Assembly (NCBI GenBank): GCA_964374055.1
Contig: CAYJWZ010000002.1
Coordinates: forward strand, 1-36,380
Source of the DNA: an uncultured Candidatus Saccharibacteria bacterium
Lineage (GTDB): Bacteria; Patescibacteriota; Andersenbacteria; UBA10190
DNA: 36,380 nt
Direction: 5' to 3'
Positions 1-7,175 of the stretch are shown in pieces. Position 1 is the first letter of the stretch; each line of letters starts with the position of its first letter. The notes under the pieces are model-generated. The model was not told where the DNA came from, searched no databases, and worked only from the letters and a program-made list of their open reading frames with translations. Both the position numbers and the translations under genes were made by a program.

Positions 1-1767
1 TTGTAGGGGAATGACCGTGAGGAGAGGTTGGAGATATTCAGGTGCCGGTGGAACATAGATAACGTCATCAACATGGGCAGCGATGTCGCGATCGCCGGCG
101 GTAGCAATCGCAATCACCGGGCCGCCGCGCGCCTTTATTTCTTGCAGATTGCTCATTACTTTATCGTAAAGGGTACCACGCGGGTTGATGATGACTGAAG
201 GTGTATTTTTGTCAACAAGCGCGATTGGCCCATGCTTCATCTCGGCGGCGGGGTAGCCTTCAGCATGAATATAGCTGACTTCTTTTAATTTCAGGGCGCC
301 TTCCATGGCGATGGGGTAGTGATAGCCGCGGCCTAAATAGAGCATGGTTTGGGCAGCTTTATATTTAGTGGCCAGCTGTTTTATTTTTTCGTCGAGAGCC
401 AGTGTGGTTTTGATATGTCGGGGAAGCTCCAGTAATTCAGTGTACATTCTTGTGGCGGCGGCGGCACTGAGGTGGTGCAGCCGCCCGAGGTATAAAGTGA
501 GGAGCAGTAACGTAGTAACCTGGGCGGTAAAGGCCTTGGTAGAAGCAACACCTAGTTCCGGGCCGGCGTGTAAATAGATACCGCCATCAACTTCGCGGGC
601 AATGGAGCTGCCGACAACGTTAACCAGGCCAAGTGTAGGCAGGCCGCGGCGCTTGGCTTCGCGGATGGCGGCCAGTGTATCGGCCGTTTCGCCAGACTGG
701 CTAATGCAGGCGAGTAGGGTGTTGGTTTCAAACGGGGCGTGACGATAGCGCAGTTCACTGGCGTATTCGACTTCGACGGGCAGACCGGTTAGTTCTTCGA
801 TGAGATATTCACCAAGCAGGGCGGCATAATAACTGGTGCCGCAGGCGGTGAAGATGAGGCGTTTCGCAGAGCGCAGTTTATCTTCAGAAATATTTAGCCC
901 GCCAAACTTTGGCATGTTTTTTACTTCGTCCCACCGGCCCCGCAACACGTTTTGCACCGTTTCCGGCTGCTCGTACATTTCTTTTTGCATGTAGTGTTGG
1001 AAGTGGCCGAGGTCGGCTGCCATGGCGTGACTAATGGTCTCAATATGCGGGGTAACGTGACCGTTCGTGGCGTGATGAATAGTGAAGCCATCGCGGGTGA
1101 GCATGGCAATTTCGCTGTCGTTGAGGTAGACAACTTTTTTGGTGGTGGCAGGTAACCCGGCCTGTCCGGCAGGCAGGGCCGCGGTGTCGCTGGCCAGAAA
1201 ATGTTCATGATCGCCAATGCCAATCAGGAGCGGGCTGCCCAGGCGAGCGCCAATAAGCATGTCGGGGTGTTGGCGACTAACGATAGCCAGGCCGTAGGTG
1301 CCTTTGAGGAGGCGCAGGGTGGCCTCAATTGCTTTTAGTAGGTCATTATATTTTTTGAGATACAGGCCGAGTAATTGGGCAATTACTTCGGTATCAGTTT
1401 GGCTACGAAACGTCAGGCCTTTGGCTTCCAGCTTAGCTTTGATTTCGGCGTAGTTTTCGATGACGCCGTTATGGACAACGGCGATGGTGTTATCGCGATC
1501 GGTATGAGGGTGAGTATTGGCGACGGTGGGTGGGCCGTGGGTAGCCCAGCGGGTGTGAGCAATCCCGAGTGTGCCCGCGGCTGGAAAGTGGCTAACGGTT
1601 CGCTCAAGCGCTTCAACCCGGCCCACTCGTTTGCGTAACTCGAGTCGTCCTTCTTCCACCGTAACCAGGCCGGCACTGTCGTAGCCGCGGTATTCTAATT
1701 GTTTCAACCCAGCTACGAGGAAGGGCTGAGCCGGGCGTGAGCCAATATAGCCAACAATGCCGCACAT
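1..1767 (-). CDS. glmS: glutamine--fructose-6-phosphate aminotransferase (isomerizing); C-terminal ~20 codons cut off by the window edge
   Basis: Absent from the supplied ORF track because it has no stop in the window. Reverse-strand translation from ATG (1767-1765) gives MCGIVGYIGSRPAQPFLVAGLKQLEYRGYDSAG, then AHTRWATHG, VVHNGVIENY, FLASD, YMQKEMYEQPE, FTACGTSYYA, ISQSGETADT, GVASTKAF, MEGALKLKEVSYIHAEGYPAAEMKHGPIAL, and ends LLTVIPLQ at nt 1. The stretches I translated (1..1200 and 1441..1767) are open and in one phase. Confidence 0.95.
   Translation of the reverse strand, partial: MCGIVGYIGSRPAQPFLVAGLKQLEYRGYDSAGLVTVEEGRLELRKRVGRVEALERTVSHFPAAGTLGIAHTRWATHGPPTVANTHPHTDRDNTIAVVHNGVIENYAEIKAKLEAKGLTFRSQTDTEVIAQLLGLYLKKYNDLLKAIEATLRLLKGTYGLAIVSRQHPDMLIGARLGSPLLIGIGDHEHFLASDTAALPAGQAGLPATTKKVVYLNDSEIAMLTRDGFTIHHATNGHVTPHIETISHAMAADLGHFQHYMQKEMYEQPETVQNVLRGRWDEVKNMPKFGGLNISEDKLRSAKRLIFTACGTSYYAALLGEYLIEELTGLPVEVEYASELRYRHAPFETNTLLACISQSGETADTLAAIREAKRRGLPTLGLVNVVGSSIAREVDGGIYLHAGPELGVASTKAFTAQVTTLLLLTLYLGRLHHLSAAAATRMYTELLELPRHIKTTLALDEKIKQLATKYKAAQTMLYLGRGYHYPIAMEGALKLKEVSYIHAEGYPAAEMKHGPIALVDKNTPSVIINPRGTLYDKVMSNLQEIKARGGPVIAIATAGDRDIAAHVDDVIYVPPAPEYLQPLLTVIPLQ
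1156..1177. repeat. P1 palindrome copy inside glmS, in frame (LPAGQAG)
   Basis: Minus-strand reading ctg cct gcc gga cag gcc ggg. It sits between FLASDTAA and LPATTKKVVYL. Confidence 0.85.
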
Positions 1768-1802
1768 AGAGATAGCTTTTGAGTATACGGTGCGGTAGCA
1801 TA

Positions 1803-2813
1803 ATGTCTATGATTATTGTGACCGGGGGGGCGGGGTTGATTGGGAGTGCTTTGGTGTGGGCATTGAATAAGCGTGGCCGAACGGACTTGTTAGTTGTCGA
1901 TGATGTTGATCATCTAGAGAAAAAAAGAAATTTGCAGCCGCTCAAGTATGAGAAACAGGTTGGTATTAAGGAGTTTCGGGAAGAGTTGTTGGGAGGCCGA
2001 GTTAAGGCCGAAGCAATTCTGCACATGGGAGCGATCTCCTCGACATTTGAGAAAAATTGGGAGCGGTTGCAGGATTTAAATGTTTCGTATACGCAGGCTG
2101 TTATTCAGTGGGCGGTGAAAAATACTATCCGGTGTGTGTATGCCTCAAGCGCGGCAACGTATGGCGATGGGGTAAACGGTTATAGTGATGACCATGCTCT
2201 CTTTGATAAATTGCAACCGCTTAATTTGTATGGGAAATCGAAGTTAGCAGTTGATATGTGGGCACGTGATAATGGCTACCTAGAAGATGCAGTGGGGCTG
2301 CGCTATTTTAATGTGTTCGGGCCGAACGAGTATCACAAAGGTGAGATGCGCAGTGTGGTGACTAAGAAGTTTGACGAGTTACAACAGCACGGATTTATCG
2401 AATTATTTAAATCGAATGACCCGCAGTATGAAGACGGACAGCAGCCGCGCGATTTCGTGTATGTGAAAGATGCCGTGGAGGCTACACTCTTCTTTTTAGA
2501 TAAACCGAAACTGGGCGGCGTATATAACATTGGGACGGGGAAGGCCGAAACGTGGAACACAGTGGCACGGGCGATGTTCACGGCTGTGGGAAAACCAGCG
2601 GACATTCGCTATATTTCGTTGCCGGCGGCGTTGGCCCCACAGTATCAGAATTTTACGCAAGCCGATATTACTAAACTTACGGCGGCGGGATATAGCCGAC
2701 CTTTCATGCCGGTCGCCGCGGCCGTAACCGACTATATTCAACACTACTTGACCATTCGACAGGCTCAGGGTAAACCCACAGATAGACATGATCATAGACA
2801 TCTAGCAGAATAA
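1803..2813 (+). CDS. hldD: ADP-L-glycero-D-manno-heptose-6-epimerase-like SDR (HldD/RfaD family) with a repeat-derived C-terminal tail
   Basis: ORF 1779..2813. The Rossmann start [15 protein letters not shown] is at ATG 1803 (1809 is also possible). Colinear with E. coli HldD as I recall it: [73 protein letters not shown]. Confidence 0.8.
   Translation: MSMIIVTGGAGLIGSALVWALNKRGRTDLLVVDDVDHLEKKRNLQPLKYEKQVGIKEFREELLGGRVKAEAILHMGAISSTFEKNWERLQDLNVSYTQAVIQWAVKNTIRCVYASSAATYGDGVNGYSDDHALFDKLQPLNLYGKSKLAVDMWARDNGYLEDAVGLRYFNVFGPNEYHKGEMRSVVTKKFDELQQHGFIELFKSNDPQYEDGQQPRDFVYVKDAVEATLFFLDKPKLGGVYNIGTGKAETWNTVARAMFTAVGKPADIRYISLPAALAPQYQNFTQADITKLTAAGYSRPFMPVAAAVTDYIQHYLTIRQAQGKPTDRHDHRHLAE
2750..2777 (+). 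repeat. P2 repeat copy at the 3' end of hldD, encodes (T)IRQAQGKP
   Basis: gaccattcgacaggctcagggtaaaccc; same reading frame as the asnB copy. Confidence 0.85.
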
Positions 2814-2817
2814 CTCT

Positions 2818-3684
2818 ATGAAAGGTATTATTTTAGCCGGCGGGGCGGGAACGCGGTTGCATCCGTTGACCTTGGCCGTCAGCAAGCAATTGTTGTCGGT
2901 GTACGACAAGCCGATGGTGTATTATCCGCTGTCGACGTTGATGTTGGCGGGGGTAAAGGAGATTTTGGTTATTTCGACGCCGCCGGATTTACCGCTCTAT
3001 AAAAAATTATTGGGTGATGGTTCGCAGTTGGGCATGCAGTTTTCCTATGCGGAACAGCCGCGGCCGGAAGGGCTGGCCCAGGCTTTTATTATCGGCGCAG
3101 AGTTTATTGGCTCAAACAGTGTGGCCTTAATTCTGGGCGATAACATTTTTTATGGCAGTGATATGAAAGAGACGCTAGCCAACGCGGTTAAAGATACGCA
3201 GGGCGGGGTGGTCTTTGCCTATCATGTTTCGGATCCAGAACGATACGGTGTCGTTGAGTTTAATAAAACAGGCACTGTGCTGTCGGTTGAGGAAAAACCG
3301 GCTCAACCAAAATCTCATTTTGCCATCACCGGACTTTATTTCTATGACAATTCAGTTGTCGAAATTGCCAGAAATCTTAAGCCTTCGCCACGCGGCGAGT
3401 TGGAAATTACTGACGTTAATAAAAAGTATTTAGAGCGGGGTGAATTGAAAGTGGTAGTGCTTTCCCGCGGCACTGCCTGGCTGGATTCCGGCACGCACGC
3501 TTCTCTTCTGCAATCAGCCACGTTTGTGCAAACCGTCGAAGAGCGGCAGGGTTTGAAGATTGGTTGCGTCGAAGAAATTGCTTATCGGATGGGCTATATC
3601 ACGAATGAGCAGCTCAAAAAACTAGCCGAGCCACTCACCAAAAGCGGCTACGGAAATTACCTGCTGCACGTGGCAGCGGAGTGA
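2818..3684 (+). CDS. rfbA: glucose-1-phosphate thymidylyltransferase
   Basis: [55 protein letters not shown], and EITDVN..YL..G.L all fit the classical RmlA pattern. The gene starts 4 nt after the hldD stop. Confidence 0.93.
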   Translation: MKGIILAGGAGTRLHPLTLAVSKQLLSVYDKPMVYYPLSTLMLAGVKEILVISTPPDLPLYKKLLGDGSQLGMQFSYAEQPRPEGLAQAFIIGAEFIGSNSVALILGDNIFYGSDMKETLANAVKDTQGGVVFAYHVSDPERYGVVEFNKTGTVLSVEEKPAQPKSHFAITGLYFYDNSVVEIARNLKPSPRGELEITDVNKKYLERGELKVVVLSRGTAWLDSGTHASLLQSATFVQTVEERQGLKIGCVEEIAYRMGYITNEQLKKLAEPLTKSGYGNYLLHVAAE

Positions 3685-3705
3685 GGGGTGTGTTAGAGTA
3701 CATGC

Positions 3706-4035
3706 ATGAAGCGACCTCGGAACATACCAATCAACGGCCATGAGCCGGTTACGCAGACGGAGTTTAGTTCAACCATGCCGGCGATCAAGAAAGAGTTTGA
3801 TCGTATGGCGACGAAGGAAAATCTGGAAGAAGTGAAGGAAGAAGTTACTAATTTAAAAGAGGAGGTTAGGGAGTTAAAAGAGGAAGTAAGGCTTTCCCGG
3901 CGCGTGCAGGAGCGAATGTTGAAGATTCTGGAGTCAATCGAAGGGCGAATGAAAGAATCGGTCGATATTCCGCAACGCGTCGAAAAGCTGGAATACGAGG
4001 TTTTTCTGTTGAAGACGCGGCAGAAAAGTAAGTAA
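3706..4035 (+). CDS. hypothetical small coiled-coil protein (E/K-rich heptads)
   Basis: 109-aa ORF on the same strand as its neighbours, 22 nt after the rfbA stop. Heptad-like EEVKEEVTNLKEEVRELKEEVRL. No recognisable family. An antisense ORF (3693..4040) is judged a shadow. Confidence 0.5.
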   Translation: MKRPRNIPINGHEPVTQTEFSSTMPAIKKEFDRMATKENLEEVKEEVTNLKEEVRELKEEVRLSRRVQERMLKILESIEGRMKESVDIPQRVEKLEYEVFLLKTRQKSK

Positions 4036-4095
4036 GCCAAGAAAAAACCGCCCGTTGCATTGACAGAAAGAGCGTTTTTAGGTAGCGTGGCGAGG

Positions 4096-4115
4096 CCTGC
4101 CTGCCGGCAGGCAAG
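4096..4115. repeat. P1 palindrome copy (19/20 match to CCTGCCTGCCGGCAGGCAGG), intergenic
   Basis: cctgcctgccggcaggcaag read directly. It lies 4 nt upstream of TATACT (4120-4125). Confidence 0.85.
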
Positions 4116-4119
4116 CTGT

Positions 4120-4125
4120 TATACT
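4120..4125 (+). promoter_or_regulatory. -10-like hexamer TATACT, 6 nt upstream of ATG 4132 (possible leaderless transcript)
   Basis: tatact-accctt-atg read directly. The same hexamer-N6-start geometry recurs at 10328, 16551 and 16555. Confidence 0.35.
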
Positions 4126-4131
4126 ACCCTT

Positions 4132-5073
4132 ATGTCTATTAAATATAGTGTCGTTATTCCGGCGCGGGATGAAGAAAACGATCTGCGGCCGCTTTATGAC
4201 GCCCTGAAGGGTGTTATGGAGAGTATGACTCAAGAGTGGGAGCTGATTTTCATCGATGATGGCAGTCAGGATGGGACGTGGCCGGTGATGCAGGAATTGC
4301 GGGAGAAAGATCCGCGGGTGAAGCTGATTCGCTTCCGGCGCAGCTTTGGGCAAACGGCCGGCTGGTCAGCCGGGTTTGATCATGCGCAGGGCGAGTACGT
4401 CATTGTGATGGATGCTGATCTGCAGAATGATCCGAAAGACATTCCGGCTTTGATTAAAAAGTTAGAAGAAGAAAAATTAGATGTTGTTTCCGGCTGGCGG
4501 AAAAATCGGAAAGACGACGGCGTGTTGAAGCTGGGCAGCAAGATTGGCAATTGGATTCATCGCTGGGTGACGGGTGAGAAAATTCATGATCACGGCTGCA
4601 GTTTGAAGGTGTATCGCAAAGAAGCGCTGCAGGACTTGGAGCTGTACGGTGAGATGCATCGCTATATTACGGCGCTCTTATCGTGGAAAGGTTTTAGGGT
4701 GGGGGAGATCGTAGTTAGTCATCATTCGCGACAGCATGGCACAACGAAGTATTCGGTCAAGAAAAAGCTCAAAGGATTTTTGGATTTAGTAATCGTGAAA
4801 TTCTGGGTGCAGTATTCAGCCCGACCCATGCACTTTTTCGGGATGATTGGCGTTTTCTTCATTGCGATGGGATTTATTTTGGGCGGCACGTTGGGCGCGT
4901 TATGGTTGTTCAGGATTATCGGCTTGCAAAACCGCTCGACGCCGCTGTTAGCTGTCTTGTTTGTATTGCTGGGGTTTCAGTTCCTGTTGACGGGGGTACT
5001 GGCCGATGTGGTGGCCCATACCTATTACGCGCAGAAGAAAGCCTATTCCGTTCGAGAGACAAAAGGTTTCTAA
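4132..5073 (+). CDS. GT2 polyprenyl-phosphate glycosyltransferase (GtrB/ArnC/DPM1-like)
   Basis: ORF 4060..5073. The homologous part starts at M25 (ATG 4132): MSIKYSVVIPARDEE, ELIFIDDGSQDGT, VMDADLQNDP, and two C-terminal TM helices (FFGMIGVFFIAMGFILGG, LLAVLFVLLGFQFLLTGVLADV). The upstream 24 codons read through the P1 palindrome and are taken as spurious. Confidence 0.85.
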   Translation: MSIKYSVVIPARDEENDLRPLYDALKGVMESMTQEWELIFIDDGSQDGTWPVMQELREKDPRVKLIRFRRSFGQTAGWSAGFDHAQGEYVIVMDADLQNDPKDIPALIKKLEEEKLDVVSGWRKNRKDDGVLKLGSKIGNWIHRWVTGEKIHDHGCSLKVYRKEALQDLELYGEMHRYITALLSWKGFRVGEIVVSHHSRQHGTTKYSVKKKLKGFLDLVIVKFWVQYSARPMHFFGMIGVFFIAMGFILGGTLGALWLFRIIGLQNRSTPLLAVLFVLLGFQFLLTGVLADVVAHTYYAQKKAYSVRETKGF

Positions 5074-5076
5074 AAC

Positions 5077-6216
5077 ATGTATATTCTGCTTATCAATAAT
5101 GAGTTTCCGCCGATCGGGGGCGGGGGGTCGACGGTGACGGCCTATGCCTTGCGGCATTTAGCGAAAGCAGGATATAACGTGACGCTGATTACGTCGCGCT
5201 GGGGCGGTTTGCCGCATCGGGAACAGATTAATGGCGCCACCGTAATTCGTATTCCGACCATTCGGCGTTATAAGCAGTTTTGCTCGCAGTGGGAGTTGGT
5301 GGTTTTTGGTTTGTCAGCGCTGGTCTATACTTTTTTTTATACGCTGCGCCACCGGGTGGATTTTATTCAGGCGTACTTTGCCGTACCGGCCGGCTGGGTG
5401 GCGTGGTTGATCAAAAAAGTGCGCCATATACCCTACGCCGTTTATTTTGGCGGCTCGGATATTCCGGGGGCGAACCCGTCGCGCTATAAAAATATTTATC
5501 CCCTGCTCACTCCCCTGCTGCAGAAAATCTGGCGGAACGCCGAATTTCGGACGGTGTGTTCGCATGAGTTACAGCGCTTAGCAAAAGTGGCTGATCCGGC
5601 CACCAACTTCATTGTCATTCCGAATGGGGTGGAGACAGCTCGCTTTAAGCCGATTGATCGGCCGGCTAATCCGCAAGTGAAGATTTTGTTTATTGGCCGC
5701 TTAATTCCCCGCAAGGGTTTCCAGCGGGTAGTGCAGGCGTTGCCGCGGGTAAAGGAACTGGTTCAACAACCGTTTCAGGTGGAGGTGGTAGGCACCGGGG
5801 CGGCTAAGTCGGAGTTGGATGAACTGGCCCAGCAGCTAGGGGTGTCGGACCTGATTCAGTATGCCGGCACTGTTCCGTATGATCGGCTGGAACAGTCATA
5901 CCAGTATGCCGATATATTTGTCTTAACGTCGCTTTCCGAAGGCATGCCGTCGGTGATTCTGGAAGCTATGGGCTGCGGTTTGCCGGTGATTGCCAGTGAT
6001 GTCGGTGGCAATAACGAAATTGTATGGGAGGGGGAGAATGGCTTTTTGATTGAGGGGGATGATATTGAAACGTTAGCGCAGCGCTTAGCGGCTTTGATTC
6101 GTGATGCGGCTTTGCGGCGGCGCATGGGGCAAAAAAGCCGCGCATTGTCGCTCGACTACGACTGGGCAAAAATTATGGGCGAGTATACTAAACTGTATCA
6201 GCCCTATGAACGCTAA
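5077..6216 (+). CDS. GT4 family glycosyltransferase
   Basis: MYILLINNEFPPIGGGGS at the N-terminus. C-terminal GT-B motif LTSLSEGMPSVILEAMGCGLPVIASDVGGNNEIV..GENGFL (E-x7-E type). Confidence 0.85.
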   Translation: MYILLINNEFPPIGGGGSTVTAYALRHLAKAGYNVTLITSRWGGLPHREQINGATVIRIPTIRRYKQFCSQWELVVFGLSALVYTFFYTLRHRVDFIQAYFAVPAGWVAWLIKKVRHIPYAVYFGGSDIPGANPSRYKNIYPLLTPLLQKIWRNAEFRTVCSHELQRLAKVADPATNFIVIPNGVETARFKPIDRPANPQVKILFIGRLIPRKGFQRVVQALPRVKELVQQPFQVEVVGTGAAKSELDELAQQLGVSDLIQYAGTVPYDRLEQSYQYADIFVLTSLSEGMPSVILEAMGCGLPVIASDVGGNNEIVWEGENGFLIEGDDIETLAQRLAALIRDAALRRRMGQKSRALSLDYDWAKIMGEYTKLYQPYER

Positions 6217-7174
6217 AGTTTTAATTACCGGCGGGGCCGGTTTTATTGGTAGTAATTTGGCGCATGCGCTGGTGCAGCAGGGTGCGCAGGTGACGGTGTT
6301 AGATGCGTTGTTGCCACTGTATGGCGGCAACGAATTTAACTTAGAAGACATTCGCAGCCAGATTGAATTTGTTACGGGTGATATTCGGGATGAGGAGTTG
6401 GTGAAGAAATTAGTGACGGGAAAAGATTTGATTTATAACCTGGCGGCGCAGGTTAGTTATATTGATTCAAAAGATCAGCCGTTTTTGGATTTGGATATTA
6501 ATGGGCGGGGGCATTTACTCGTCTTGGAAGCGGTGCAACAGCTGGCGCCGGCGGCTAAAGTTTTCTTTTCTTCATCGCGACTGGTGTATGGCAAAATTCA
6601 AACCTTACCAGTCAAGGAAACGCACCCAACTACTCCCCTTTCGATGTACGGTATACATAAACTGCTGGGTGAAAAATATTATCGTTATTTTGCTGATACG
6701 TATAATCTACACACTGTGTCAATCCGTATTCCGAATCCGTATGGCCCGCGGCAGCAGATGAAGCACAGCAAATATTCGATTGTCGGCTGGTTTATCCGGC
6801 AGGCGATGGCGGGAAAGACCATCACTGTGTTTGGCGATGGCTCGCAAGAGCGGGACTATTTATATAGTGATGATATTGTTGATGCCTTATTGCAATTAAG
6901 TGACAAAGGCGAAAGGGGTGAGGTATATAACGTGGGCACGGATGAGCGGATTCGGTTTGTGGATATGGTGGATGAAGTGATTACAGCAGTTGGTTCTGGT
7001 AAAAAGGAACATGTGCCGTGGCCAGCTAACTATGAGAAAAATGAAACGGGCAACTATGTGGCCGATACCTCGAAGATTGAGTCGCTAACGGGTTGGAAGC
7101 CGCGTGTAAAGTTGGCGGATGGTATTGCCAAGACCGTGGAGTACTATAAAAAGTATCAGGCGCACTATTGGTAA
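6206..7174 (+). CDS. NAD-dependent epimerase/dehydratase (extended SDR)
   Basis: ORF 6101..7174. The Rossmann start MNAKVLITGGAGFIGSNL is at ATG 6206 and overlaps the upstream stop by 11 nt. Catalytic YxxxK is in SMYGIHKLLGE. Confidence 0.85.
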   Translation: MNAKVLITGGAGFIGSNLAHALVQQGAQVTVLDALLPLYGGNEFNLEDIRSQIEFVTGDIRDEELVKKLVTGKDLIYNLAAQVSYIDSKDQPFLDLDINGRGHLLVLEAVQQLAPAAKVFFSSSRLVYGKIQTLPVKETHPTTPLSMYGIHKLLGEKYYRYFADTYNLHTVSIRIPNPYGPRQQMKHSKYSIVGWFIRQAMAGKTITVFGDGSQERDYLYSDDIVDALLQLSDKGERGEVYNVGTDERIRFVDMVDEVITAVGSGKKEHVPWPANYEKNETGNYVADTSKIESLTGWKPRVKLADGIAKTVEYYKKYQAHYW

Positions 7175-7175
7175 T

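Noticed and set aside
1768-1802. glmS ribozyme or riboswitch upstream of glmS.
   Set aside because: Only 35 nt separate glmS from the divergent hldD start, far too short for the roughly 170-nt ribozyme.
3693-4040. 115-aa minus-strand ORF covering the coiled-coil gene.
   Set aside because: It mirrors GAA/AAG-rich codons as Ser/Phe/Leu-rich text. The plus-strand ORF follows the operon orientation and has regular heptads.
4060-4131. N-terminal extensions offered by the ORF track here and at 1779-1802, 6101-6205, 7119-7175, 13174-13224, 25127-25162, 25118-25237 (minus), 30954-31115 and 32155-32244.
   Set aside because: Family homology begins at internal ATGs. The extensions overlap upstream genes, a terminator (13178-13209) or the P1 palindrome, and have no family similarity.
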